Below the pieces are notes generated by a model, which did not search any database, was not told the DNA's origin, and worked only from the letters and a program-made list of their open reading frames with translations. A program made the position numbers and the translations under genes. A stretch of DNA of 64,000 nt from Parcubacteria group bacterium M10-OD1-1. Its GTDB lineage: Bacteria; Patescibacteriota; Minisyncoccia; Moranbacterales; UBA2206. Each line of letters begins with the position of its first letter. Position 1 is the stretch's first letter. The stretch is taken from the NCBI GenBank assembly GCA_003056145.1, contig LSNL01000005.1, forward strand, positions 20,240 to 84,239, written 5' to 3'. Positions 10,490 to 20,160 of this stretch are shown one piece after another.

Positions 10490-11695
10490 ATGATTAAAAA
10501 AAGGGAGAGAATAGAGCAGGCTTATTTAAAAAGTCAAGAATTATTACATCAATTAAAAACTGAATACGGATTTATTGCTTCAGTTAATAATGTCAGTAAC
10601 TATAAGCGTATTTGGTCACGGGATGGTGTAACTTTGGGGTTAGCTTCTTTAGCTACTGGCGATAAGGAACTTATTAAAACATTTGAAAAAACTTTATTGA
10701 CTTTGAAAAAGTTTCAAGATACAACTGGTAGAATCCCTAGTAATGTTTCTCTCAATAAAATATCACGTGTCAGTTATGGGACAACTGTTGGAAGAGTAGA
10801 TGCTACTATTTGGTATATTATCGGAATAACCCAACTAATTCTTCAAACCAATAATCAAAAATTCTTTCAAGAATTTAGAGATTCTCTTAAAAAAGCTTTC
10901 TTTTATTTGGAATGCCTAGAGCTTAATGGTAAGGGATTGCTTTATATTCCTCAAGGAGGAGATTGGTCTGATGAATATATTAATCATGGATATGTTCTAT
11001 TTGATCAAGTTTTATATTATTTAGCTCTAGATAGTTATGCTAAAATAACTAAAGAACCTGAAATAATTAAGAGAAGAAATCATTTAAAAAAAGTGATTGC
11101 TGTTAATTATTTTCCTAGCCAAGAGAATCTTACTAATCCTAATGTGTATAATAAATTATTATTTGAAAAAAGTTTAAAGCTATGTAAAACATCTCTAACG
11201 GTTGCTTATTTTACTTCTTATAGCGTTAGTTGTCACACAGCTAATTTTGCCAATAGCTTATTATTATTATCAGGAATTCTAGAAAGTGAGCAAGAAGAAA
11301 AACTTCAGAAAAATATTCAAAAAACATTTATGCATTCTGATTTTCCAATAATTCCTGCTTTTTATCCAGTTATAGATAAAAAAGATTTGAGTTGGCACGA
11401 ACTAGAAAATAATTTTCTTTTTAACTTTAAAAATCAACCTTATAATTATCAAAACGGAGGATTGTGGCCATGGATTCAAGGATTTTTTCTGGCTTCTTTA
11501 AGAAGTTCTACCATGGAAAAGGAGCTTTATCTTAAATCTTGGGCAGAAGTTTTAGCTAGAGATAATTTTATTTTCCCAGAATATTACCACGGTAAGAATC
11601 ATCAAGCCAAAGGAGTTATGAAGATTGGACATTCAGCGGCTGGATATATTTTGGCTTATAATTCAATAATTAAAAATAAAAAAGTCTTCTTATGA
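10490..11695 (+). CDS. GH100 (alkaline/neutral invertase)-like (alpha/alpha)6 glycosidase
   Basis: Motifs NYKRIWSRDGVTLGLASL and VGRVDATIWYIIGI parallel the NYDQVFVRDFVPSALAFL / IGRVAPVDSGLWWII motifs of neutral invertases; shorter than plant enzymes. Confidence 0.5.
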   Translation: MIKKRERIEQAYLKSQELLHQLKTEYGFIASVNNVSNYKRIWSRDGVTLGLASLATGDKELIKTFEKTLLTLKKFQDTTGRIPSNVSLNKISRVSYGTTVGRVDATIWYIIGITQLILQTNNQKFFQEFRDSLKKAFFYLECLELNGKGLLYIPQGGDWSDEYINHGYVLFDQVLYYLALDSYAKITKEPEIIKRRNHLKKVIAVNYFPSQENLTNPNVYNKLLFEKSLKLCKTSLTVAYFTSYSVSCHTANFANSLLLLSGILESEQEEKLQKNIQKTFMHSDFPIIPAFYPVIDKKDLSWHELENNFLFNFKNQPYNYQNGGLWPWIQGFFLASLRSSTMEKELYLKSWAEVLARDNFIFPEYYHGKNHQAKGVMKIGHSAAGYILAYNSIIKNKKVFL

Positions 11696-12519
11696 TTATT
11701 GCAACTGATTTAGATAGAACTTTATTACCTAACGGCTATGAAGAATATGGACATAATTTACCTTTATTTTTCCAACTAATTAGAAAAAATAAATTAACTT
11801 TAGTTTATGCGACAGGTAGAAATTGGAAGCTTTTTCAAGAAGCTAAAAAAATATTTAAAATAGAAGATCCGGATTATTTTATTGGTGAAGTGGGAACGGT
11901 TCTTTATGAAAAGTCTCCAAAAAAATCTTTTTTTCAACTTAAAAATAAACTAGTTATTAGTCAAGAATGGCAAAAATATTTAAAAAATAAAGCCAAAAAT
12001 TGGAACGCTGAAAAATTAAAAAAGAGATTTCAAATAATCAAAGAGCTAAAATTACAAGAAAAAGATAAGCAAAATACGTATAAATTAAGCTACTATCTTT
12101 CCGATACAACTAATCAGTCAAAAATTTTAACTAAAATTAAGACTTTAGCTCAAGAAGAAACTATTAAAATTAATCTTATTTCTAGCTGGGATCCATTAAA
12201 AAAAGTTCGTTTAATTGATATATTACCAGCGACGGTAACCAAGACAACTGCCCTAGAATTTATTCGTCGAAAAAAACATCTTAGTAAAGAAGAGGTAGTC
12301 TATTGTGGTGATAGTGGAAATGATATTGCAGCTTTAACGATTGGCTATAAATCTATTTTAGTAAAAAATGCCCGAGAAGAAATAAAAAAGAAAGTTTTAA
12401 AAATTAATCAAGATTTAGGGAGAAGTAAGAATTTATATATTGCTAAAGGAGTAGGTAAGTGGAATGGTTATTATGTAGCTGGAATCCTAGAAGGATTAAA
12501 ACATTTTAAGATAATTTAA
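11692..12519 (+). CDS. HAD-IIB family sugar-phosphate phosphatase (sucrose-phosphate phosphatase-like)
   Basis: N-terminal IATDLDRTL (DxDxT) motif, C-terminal GDSGND motif; 4-bp overlap with the upstream GH100-like gene. Confidence 0.6.
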   Translation: MIIATDLDRTLLPNGYEEYGHNLPLFFQLIRKNKLTLVYATGRNWKLFQEAKKIFKIEDPDYFIGEVGTVLYEKSPKKSFFQLKNKLVISQEWQKYLKNKAKNWNAEKLKKRFQIIKELKLQEKDKQNTYKLSYYLSDTTNQSKILTKIKTLAQEETIKINLISSWDPLKKVRLIDILPATVTKTTALEFIRRKKHLSKEEVVYCGDSGNDIAALTIGYKSILVKNAREEIKKKVLKINQDLGRSKNLYIAKGVGKWNGYYVAGILEGLKHFKII

Positions 12520-12556
12520 AAATAAAGTATGAAAAATTTAATAATTAATTAGAATT

Positions 12557-13270
12557 ATGCAGGAAAAAATAAAATATCCAATTAGAATAAATCGCTATTT
12601 AGCGTTGAAAGGAGTAGTCTCTCGTCGAGAAGCTGATGAGTTAATAAAAAAGGGTCTAGTTTTAGTTAATGATAAAAAAGCTATTCTAGGAGATAAAGTT
12701 TTAGAAGAGGATGAAGTTAGAGTAAATGCTAAATCTTTTAAACAATTAATTTATTTAGCTTATAATAAACCAATTGGAATAGTAACACATAGCCCACAAG
12801 CAAATGAGCAAAGTATTCAAGATGTTTTGCAATATTCAGAAAATGTTTTTCCACTGGGAAGATTAGACAAAAATTCTTGGGGATTAATAATTCTTACTAA
12901 TGATGGTCGGGTTACTGATAGGCTTTTAAATCCAGAACATAATCATGAAAAAGAATACCGAGTGCGAGTTGATAAACCCTTAAAAGAAAGCTTTGTCAAT
13001 AAAATGAGCAAAGGGGTTTTATTGGAAGATGGCTATAAAACAAAGGAATGTAACATTAAATTGCTTAATGATTTTTTATTTTCTATAATTTTAACAGAAG
13101 GTAAAAAGAGACAAATTAGAAGAATGTGTACAGCATTGGGTTACGCAGTGATAGACCTTAAAAGAGTTAGAATAATGAATATTAAAATCAAAAATATAAA
13201 ATCAGGTCAAGTTAGAGAGATAAAAGGAAATGAACAAAAGATTTTTTTAAAGAGTCTAGAACTTAATTAA
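12557..13270 (+). CDS. rRNA pseudouridine synthase, RsuA/RluB family (S4 domain + catalytic domain)
   Basis: S4 RNA-binding N-terminus (INRYLALKGVVSRREADELIKKG) and GRLDKNSWGLIILTNDG catalytic Asp motif. Confidence 0.8.
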   Translation: MQEKIKYPIRINRYLALKGVVSRREADELIKKGLVLVNDKKAILGDKVLEEDEVRVNAKSFKQLIYLAYNKPIGIVTHSPQANEQSIQDVLQYSENVFPLGRLDKNSWGLIILTNDGRVTDRLLNPEHNHEKEYRVRVDKPLKESFVNKMSKGVLLEDGYKTKECNIKLLNDFLFSIILTEGKKRQIRRMCTALGYAVIDLKRVRIMNIKIKNIKSGQVREIKGNEQKIFLKSLELN

Positions 13271-13369
13271 AATGCGCCATCTTAAAAGAAGTCTTTTTAA
13301 ATTATAATTTTTATGCTAATATAAAAATGGAAACTAGAGAAAATAATTTTAATAATTTAAAACACATAA

Positions 13370-13816
13370 ATGAAAGTAAATAATATAATGACAAAAGATG
13401 TTTTGTCAGTCAAAGAAGATATGCCTATTTCAGAGATTGCTAAAATTATTTCTGAAAATAAAATTCATGGCGTACCAGTTATAAATGAAGAAAATAAGGT
13501 AGTAGGAATAATTACAGAGACTGATTTTTTTACCAAAGATGCTTCTAATATGGTTTATATGCCATCTTTAATTGATTTTGTTAAAAACGGAAAAATGGAA
13601 TATGCTAAAGATGAAAAAGAAGCAATTAATGAAGTCCTCAATGCTAAGGCTAAAGATATAATGAGTCCTAAATGTGAAACAGTATCGCCAGATTTAAAGG
13701 TTGAAGATTTTTTTAAGTTAATTAAAGAACGTAGTTTTAATTCTTACCCAGTAACTGATGAGTCTGGGTTTTTGGTAGGAATAATTACCGTCGCTGATGC
13801 TATTAAGTTGCTTTAG
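13370..13816 (+). CDS. CBS domain pair protein
   Basis: Two CBS motifs (IMTKDVLSV...HGVPVI and IMSPKCETV...SYPVTD). Confidence 0.7.
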   Translation: MKVNNIMTKDVLSVKEDMPISEIAKIISENKIHGVPVINEENKVVGIITETDFFTKDASNMVYMPSLIDFVKNGKMEYAKDEKEAINEVLNAKAKDIMSPKCETVSPDLKVEDFFKLIKERSFNSYPVTDESGFLVGIITVADAIKLL

Positions 13817-13828
13817 GAGATATAGTTT

Positions 13829-14563
13829 ATGAAAAATAATACTTTGTCCGTAGTAGTTCCTTGTTATAATGAGGGAAAAACAATTTATCAAAATATAAAA
13901 AAAATTAATGATTATTTAGCTCATAATATTTTTAAGTATGAAATAATTGCTGTAAATGACGGCAGTCAAGATAATACTAGTGTTGAATTAGAACGAGTAA
14001 AAAATGATATTTCAACGGTTGTTATTATTGATAATTCTATTAATGCAGGTAAAGGAAAGGTGGTTAAAGAGGGTGTCTTAAAAAGTCAGTACGAAATTGT
14101 GATGTTTATGGATGCTGATTTAGCTATTCCAATTGAAGGAGTGGATAAATTCATAGAAGCTATCAATGAAGGTTATGACTTAGCAATTGCCTCTAGATTT
14201 GTGCCAGGATTAAAAGTGGTGAAGCCAGTTTTATGGTATAGAAAATATATGGAAAAAGTTTTTAGAATATTGCGAATGATCATTATTAGTAATTATAAGA
14301 TTAAAGATACTCAATGTGGATTTAAAGTTTTCAATAGAAAATCAGCTTTAGATATTTTCCCTTTTATGACTATTAAAAGATTTGCTTTTGATGCTGAGAT
14401 GATTTTTATTGCTACTAGAAAAGGTTACAAAATCAAAGAATTACCAATTACTCTACAAAATCCTGTTACTAGTAGTGTAAGAATTTATCGAGACTCCTTA
14501 AATATGTTAATAGATTTAGTAAAAATTAGAATTAATTCTTTTCTAAAAAAATATCAAAAATAA
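13829..14563 (+). CDS. Glycosyltransferase family 2 (polyprenyl-phosphate/dolichyl-phosphate sugar transferase-like)
   Basis: VVVPCYNE, DGSQDNT and DADLA motifs of the GT2 DPM1-like fold. Confidence 0.8.
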   Translation: MKNNTLSVVVPCYNEGKTIYQNIKKINDYLAHNIFKYEIIAVNDGSQDNTSVELERVKNDISTVVIIDNSINAGKGKVVKEGVLKSQYEIVMFMDADLAIPIEGVDKFIEAINEGYDLAIASRFVPGLKVVKPVLWYRKYMEKVFRILRMIIISNYKIKDTQCGFKVFNRKSALDIFPFMTIKRFAFDAEMIFIATRKGYKIKELPITLQNPVTSSVRIYRDSLNMLIDLVKIRINSFLKKYQK

Positions 14564-14839
14564 AACTAAATTTAAAAAAATATTTTTTGATTCTTTTAAC
14601 TTAGTTTTCTTCTACTTAAAATAAAAAATCAATAAAAAATGCTTAATTATTTTTAATTTAAGTAGTTTTTTATTTTAAGAGAGAATTAGGGATAACAAGA
14701 AGTCTAATATTAGGTAAAAAATTTAAAGAATCCGCTTATTTATTTAGTTGAAGATTGAGAATAAAATTTAATAGTTAGCTATTGACAAAATAGAACTTAG
14801 TATGATAGTATATTCAGTTATAATATTTAAAGAAAGATT

Positions 14840-15505
14840 ATGTTTGAATATGAAAATAATCAAGAAAATAAGCATCGAATCGGAATAATTATTTTAGCTG
14901 GGTTATTTCTGGCATCGTTGTCTTTTTTGTTTATAGTTACAACAGAAAAAAACTTTAAAGTAACTACTGACTTTTTAATTGTTCAGAATCAAACTGGTTC
15001 GCAAGATTTTTATTCACTTTCCCGTTCGGCAGACTATATTGGGAGTGTTTTAAATAAAGCTATTTATAGCGAACTTTTCATAAATGAAGTTGTGAAAACA
15101 GGAAAAGTGGATAGCAATTTTTTGCCAATAAATGAGAGTGAAAGACTAAAAGATTGGAGTAAAATGGTTAGAGTCAGTCGAAACTCTCAATTAGGAATAA
15201 TCACAGTAGAAGTCTTTGGAAACGACCAAAGAAAAACCATAGATATCTCTGAAGGAATAATTGAGGTTATGAAGACTAAGAATTATCTTTTTCGAGGAAA
15301 ATTTAGTATGGATGTACGAGTGCTTTCAGGTCTAATTTTAGAAAAAAATCCTAGTTTTAAAAATATTGTGTTAGTAGTTGCTGGAGGATTTGTCGTGGGT
15401 ATTGTGTTAAGTGGAATTTTTTTTTATTATTTTGATGTAGAAAAATTAAGGAAAACAGAAGATGATAATCGGGATTATATAAAAAGTCTAGATGAATTAG
15501 AGTAA
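14840..15505 (+). CDS. Wzz-like (polysaccharide chain-length determinant-like) membrane protein, putative
   Basis: N-terminal and C-terminal TM helices flank a soluble domain; N-terminal region resembles the Wzz topology; sits in a glycan locus. Confidence 0.35.
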   Translation: MFEYENNQENKHRIGIIILAGLFLASLSFLFIVTTEKNFKVTTDFLIVQNQTGSQDFYSLSRSADYIGSVLNKAIYSELFINEVVKTGKVDSNFLPINESERLKDWSKMVRVSRNSQLGIITVEVFGNDQRKTIDISEGIIEVMKTKNYLFRGKFSMDVRVLSGLILEKNPSFKNIVLVVAGGFVVGIVLSGIFFYYFDVEKLRKTEDDNRDYIKSLDELE

Positions 15506-15612
15506 TTATTGGCAGAGCGAGGTGCTTTTTGTGTCTTTCTCTACTCGGAATTGTTCTGAGCTAGATGTAACTTAAAAATTAAATACCAAATAGAACGCAA
15601 AGGAGTCGCGCT

Positions 15613-16512
15613 ATGAAAAATTTATTAGCAGTCTTGTTTCTGTCCGCGCTTCTCGTTGGATGCGCTGGAAGACAACTTCAGGTAGAAAATGTGAATTCTC
15701 CTGATATTAATAAAGGGATCAATCTTTTAATTGAACCTTATGAGGCAGTTGGAATCAAGGTTACACCTGAAATAAAAAGTGGAAGAATTCAGGTTAAAAA
15801 AGGGATTTTTCCTGATGTTCTTTTCGGGGAATATTTTCCAGGAAGAATTCGTTGGAATGGTTGGGCAGTTGAACCAGATGGGCGAGAATATTTTGCCCAG
15901 TCTATTTTTACTGGGATTGATTTTTCTGGACATTTTTCTGAAAGAACAATCGTTGATGCTCGAGCCAGTCAAGACGCTAGAGTGATGAATTTTTCATCGC
16001 TTATTGCCTATGCCTATTCATTAACAGGCACTGAATTTTCTCTCAAGTTTCATAAAATCTTAAATGATGTTAAATACCGAAAAGATTTTATCTTGAAATA
16101 TGGAACACGATTGGGTGATTTGCAAAATGACCAAAACTTTGTAAAGATTATTAGTAAATGGAATCTTTACAATTCTCCTAATGGACAAATTTTAAGTCCG
16201 ATTGGGGAAAAACAGTTAAAGGAAATCGCTGGAATTAATCCAGAATATACCTTTGTCGGACAGTTAGTTGGGTCCGGAAGGTTTATGCTCACGCCCGATT
16301 ATATAGGGACAATTGTGTCCTTAGGGATAGATGTTTTCTGTTCAGCAGACGGAAGCATCCCATCTAAGGGTTGGGATTATAATTCTCAATTACCCAATAG
16401 ACGCCAGATGGCGTTAATTATTAGATATATCGGAAAGTTCAGAATGAACTTAATCAAGAGAATTAATGATGTAAACAGAAGTCTGCTTATGCGAGGAGGC
16501 ATACTACAATGA
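15613..16512 (+). CDS. Lipoprotein (299 aa) of unknown function, first gene of the GC-rich cassette
   Basis: Signal peptide with lipobox LLVGC; strong RBS aaaggag; markedly higher GC and different codon usage (ctg, gcg, cgc) than flanking genes. Confidence 0.6.
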   Translation: MKNLLAVLFLSALLVGCAGRQLQVENVNSPDINKGINLLIEPYEAVGIKVTPEIKSGRIQVKKGIFPDVLFGEYFPGRIRWNGWAVEPDGREYFAQSIFTGIDFSGHFSERTIVDARASQDARVMNFSSLIAYAYSLTGTEFSLKFHKILNDVKYRKDFILKYGTRLGDLQNDQNFVKIISKWNLYNSPNGQILSPIGEKQLKEIAGINPEYTFVGQLVGSGRFMLTPDYIGTIVSLGIDVFCSADGSIPSKGWDYNSQLPNRRQMALIIRYIGKFRMNLIKRINDVNRSLLMRGGILQ

Positions 16513-18158
16513 AAAAGCTAGCGCTGTTATTGGTTGTTCTGTTGTCAGTGCTGGTTTCCAGCGCTGTCGCTAGGGGGGCGTATGTTGTTCGTCAAGGTGA
16601 TTGCCTATCTGCAATAGGGCAATCTCAAAATCTTTTTTGGCAAGAAATCGCCAAATTAAATAAAATCAATTCCCCCTATCTTATTTATCCAGGGGAAAAG
16701 TTATCTCTACCAAAGCCAGAAAAAATCTTGATCATTAAAGCTTCTGGTAAAGAAAAAATGCGAGTGAAAGTAAGCACAAAACATTTTTTTTGGCAAAACC
16801 CTGGAGCGGACAAATACCAGGGAACTGTTGATGAAGCATTAAAACTACTTGAGTATCCAATTCAAGTAAGGAAAATGCTAAAAAGGAAAATTCGGTATAA
16901 TCGGTTCAATGATTATACCATCAAAAATGGTGACCATATTCAAGCAATGACTTTCGGGAAAAATAAAGTTGAGTACAATGTCATTGCTGATTGGGAAAAT
17001 CCCAAAAGAAAAATTACTAAAATCTCAAAAGATAAGAGTAGCGATTTAGCGGCTAAAAAGTATTCAGTGATTTTTCAAAAAGTTAAATACTCAGTTATCT
17101 ATCCTTATTGGTGTGGTAACTGGAGTCGTTTAAAAGATCGGCTCATACCAAAGTTGCCGCAGAAAACATCAACTGCACCAAAGTTTTTTTCTGTATCTAG
17201 AAATGCAATTGCAAAAAAAAATGAAATTACATATATTCCTCCAGGTGAGGAATGTAAAACATTTGAGCAAGAGCCAACTATTGGTGTCTGGATATATAAG
17301 AATGGATTAGCTAAGGGTCGGGGAATATACATTGAGTACCTGACTTGGTTAAGAAATTCAACGATTTTCGGATTAAATGGAAATCAAGTTTGTGGCGGAG
17401 CTAACTACAATTTGGGCTGGAGTCCAGGAGTTGGAATTTATGGATATTATTCTCCTGGAGAATCCCGTATTTCTTCCTATGATTGGAAGGAGTGGGGAAT
17501 CGGACCCCAAATCGGAATTAAATATTCAGCCATTGACAAGCAAAATCATTTTTGGCAGTGGCAAGCCAAACTTCGTTTGATTTATGAATGGAGTAATGGC
17601 AATAATACGGAAGGTTATTGGAAAAGACAATCTGGCTGGAAGCCAGGCTTCTACACAGAATATACTCGGATAGAAAGTGAAAACTTTCTATGGGGATTGA
17701 CCGCCGAAGGCTGGATTGATTGGAACCAAAAGATTGATTCTAGCTGGAGTGGTGACTCTCCTTCTAGTCGTGGACAGCTTGCAGTTAGTGCCTTCGGTCA
17801 ATGGAAGTTGAATAATAATTGGCAATTCCGTGGAATTGGCAGTTTATTCTATCAGGACTGGGACTATTATCTTGGTCTCAGAGTCACTCCTGAATTTAGG
17901 TGGAAAGAAACAATAATGTTTGGGCCTATGCTATCTTTACCCATTCATCTAGGCTCCGTATATGACGGCATTGCTAGGTCAAATCTCATAACCTACGGTG
18001 CTTTTATCCGGTTGGAGTTAGGAACTCCAATTCGGGCGATTAATCGTCGCAGGAGAATGGACAGCATTCGCAAAACGGATGCTGAATGGCTAAATAAACT
18101 ACAAAAAATGCCGTTTCATTCAGAGACGGTACAAATTAACAAAGGAGGAGTATCATGA
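16509..18158 (+). CDS. Secreted LysM-domain protein with large Trp/Tyr/Gly-rich beta-strand-like C-terminal region (549 aa)
   Basis: Signal peptide, then LysM (YVVRQGDCLSAIGQ...INSPYLIYPGEKLSLP), then about 350 aa with alternating aromatic/hydrophobic residues reminiscent of beta-barrel/beta-rich proteins; ATGA overlap with both neighbours. Confidence 0.6.
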   Translation: MKKLALLLVVLLSVLVSSAVARGAYVVRQGDCLSAIGQSQNLFWQEIAKLNKINSPYLIYPGEKLSLPKPEKILIIKASGKEKMRVKVSTKHFFWQNPGADKYQGTVDEALKLLEYPIQVRKMLKRKIRYNRFNDYTIKNGDHIQAMTFGKNKVEYNVIADWENPKRKITKISKDKSSDLAAKKYSVIFQKVKYSVIYPYWCGNWSRLKDRLIPKLPQKTSTAPKFFSVSRNAIAKKNEITYIPPGEECKTFEQEPTIGVWIYKNGLAKGRGIYIEYLTWLRNSTIFGLNGNQVCGGANYNLGWSPGVGIYGYYSPGESRISSYDWKEWGIGPQIGIKYSAIDKQNHFWQWQAKLRLIYEWSNGNNTEGYWKRQSGWKPGFYTEYTRIESENFLWGLTAEGWIDWNQKIDSSWSGDSPSSRGQLAVSAFGQWKLNNNWQFRGIGSLFYQDWDYYLGLRVTPEFRWKETIMFGPMLSLPIHLGSVYDGIARSNLITYGAFIRLELGTPIRAINRRRRMDSIRKTDAEWLNKLQKMPFHSETVQINKGGVS

Positions 18159-18550
18159 AAAAGTTAATTAGTTCTTTAGTCGTATTAGTGGCAATATTAT
18201 GTTTTACCGGAGGAGCTTTGGCTGCTGCTAGACTACTGCCTAAGGGGGTGGTCGTTTCAGCAAAAATAAATGCCAAAGGGACGGCTCAGATAAACATTGT
18301 AGGAGTTGTTCCTACTGATGTTGAATTTTACAGCTATGGAAGGACCAAACATCTTGGTTCAATCAATAAATTTAAAATCGACCTGAATTCCGGTCGGCGA
18401 TTTAATTTTAAATTTAAAGTCAATGGCAGAGATTATTTTGTCTTGTTGACACCAGAAATGGTGATATTATCTCCAGATTTTTTTGGTCCAGGCATTGGCC
18501 TGGATTGTTCCAACAACGAGGGATGTGTGTTTTTAGTCACTGGTAATTAA
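18155..18550 (+). CDS. Small secreted protein (131 aa), third gene of the GC-rich cassette
   Basis: Signal peptide MKKLISSLVVLVAILCFTGGALAAA, RBS aaaggagg; translationally coupled to the upstream gene. Confidence 0.5.
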   Translation: MKKLISSLVVLVAILCFTGGALAAARLLPKGVVVSAKINAKGTAQINIVGVVPTDVEFYSYGRTKHLGSINKFKIDLNSGRRFNFKFKVNGRDYFVLLTPEMVILSPDFFGPGIGLDCSNNEGCVFLVTGN

Positions 18551-18579
18551 AAACCAGTGACTAAAAAATACACCTAAAA

Positions 18580-18620
18580 AGCCCCAATAACTCAATGAGT
18601 TGTTGGGGCTTGATTTTTTT
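18580..18620 (+). terminator. Rho-independent terminator after the cassette (agccccaa ... ttggggct + T-run)
   Basis: 8-bp GC-rich stem followed by tgatttttttt. Confidence 0.55.
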
Positions 18621-18726
18621 TAGAATTTATGTTACTATACCAAGTTAAAATAATTAAAAAATAAGTTTTAGAAAATAAACAATAACTAATAAATCCATCT
18701 TTAAAGCGATTACCAAAGAAGAGAAT

Positions 18727-20160
18727 ATGAATAATCTTTTTCAAAAAATGAATAGAGAAACTATAAGTGCGATTTTTGTAATCGTTTTGGTTTCTTTGTT
18801 TATTTTTGCTAATTTTTTTGTCGGATTTGTTCTTTCTCTATATTTAATAGCAATGACAGTCAGTTTTGGAATTATCTTTTTTCATCCTAGAAGTGGACTC
18901 TATGCAATCGTCTTCTTAACATTTATTTTTGAAAGATTTTTTACCTTATCACCGATAATTTTAGGAAGAAGTGAGATTAAATTTTATCCAATTGACGCAT
19001 TATTTATTGCGATTATTTTTGGAATATTTTTTCAATTTTTGCAAAAAAGGATAAAAATAAGCTTGAAAAAAGTTGATTTCTATTTGATTTGGTTTATAGT
19101 TTTAGTTTTTTTTCAATTCCTGTTGAGTATATTTGTTTCTCAGTCTGATAATACATTAGCATTTAGTGGATTTAAAAATTATGCTCTTTATGCTCTTTTC
19201 TATTTTGCCGTAGTTATCTTAATAGATAATAAAAAATACTTACTGAGATTTCTGAAATTTTTTTTGGCAGGAGCAATTGGAATTTTATTTTTTATCTTTT
19301 ATGGAATTCTTGCTGGTAGGGGTCTTTGGTCTAAATATACACCACTTTCTACTGAGGGTGTGCGTCTTTTGGCTTTTACTCACGGTTTCTATTTGTCTAT
19401 GACTCTAATCGTTTTAATTGCTTATTTTGTCTTTAATCGAAAAAAAATTAATGTTTCCCAATATGTTTTGAGTGGAATCTGGATAGTTGGAGTTTTGGGA
19501 TCTATGATGCGCCATTTATGGGCTGGCTTAGGAGTAGCTATGCTATTTTTATTTTTATTCTCTGATTTGCGCCAAAAAAAATATTTCAAGAAAATAGTTC
19601 TGAGATATATCACGATGTCATTTATTGCACTTATTTTAATTACTTATCTTGCTCTTATTTTACCGCATTCTAAATTAAATAGCGTAACAACAAACGCTAG
19701 CGAGGAGATTTTTAGTCGAGTTGAATCCATTTTTAATTTTTCTCAGGATAAAAGTTTCAGCTGGAGAGATCTCGTTTGGAACGAAGCTCTTTCCAGTTAT
19801 ACTCAATATCCAATTCTAGGGGTTGGTTTGGGAAAGTCTATCCCCGTAGAAAATTCAAGCTATCATGATTTTGTGGAGTTACGAGATATTCATAATTCAC
19901 CGTTAGCTATCTTCGTTCAAATGGGTCCAATTGTATTTTTATTTTTATTAGTCTTTGTTGGGAAAATAATGCGAGAATTGTATATACGGAAGAAAAACTG
20001 GATAGGAGTAGCTTTTTTTAGTCTTGGATCAGCTTATTTAGTTTTCTTTCTTTTTCAGCCTTATTTAGAAACAAACTTGTTAGGAATATTCTTTTGGATA
20101 ATTTTAGCCTTTCAAAGAAATTTAATTTTTCAAAAATATGAAAATATTAGAAATCAATAA
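18727..20160 (+). CDS. O-antigen ligase/polymerase family (Wzy_C-like) polytopic membrane protein
   Basis: 10 or more TM helices and a periplasmic-loop motif RDIHNSPLAIFVQMGPI resembling the Wzy_C H-N-x-x-L-x-x-x-x-E/Q-x-G signature. Confidence 0.65.
   Translation: MNNLFQKMNRETISAIFVIVLVSLFIFANFFVGFVLSLYLIAMTVSFGIIFFHPRSGLYAIVFLTFIFERFFTLSPIILGRSEIKFYPIDALFIAIIFGIFFQFLQKRIKISLKKVDFYLIWFIVLVFFQFLLSIFVSQSDNTLAFSGFKNYALYALFYFAVVILIDNKKYLLRFLKFFLAGAIGILFFIFYGILAGRGLWSKYTPLSTEGVRLLAFTHGFYLSMTLIVLIAYFVFNRKKINVSQYVLSGIWIVGVLGSMMRHLWAGLGVAMLFLFLFSDLRQKKYFKKIVLRYITMSFIALILITYLALILPHSKLNSVTTNASEEIFSRVESIFNFSQDKSFSWRDLVWNEALSSYTQYPILGVGLGKSIPVENSSYHDFVELRDIHNSPLAIFVQMGPIVFLFLLVFVGKIMRELYIRKKNWIGVAFFSLGSAYLVFFLFQPYLETNLLGIFFWIILAFQRNLIFQKYENIRNQ

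Noticed and set aside
15506-18625. Mobile-element boundaries (integrase, transposase, tRNA attachment site, flanking direct repeats) around the GC-rich cassette
   Set aside because: None could be found by eye. The cassette is therefore reported as a compositional island rather than as an annotated mobile element.
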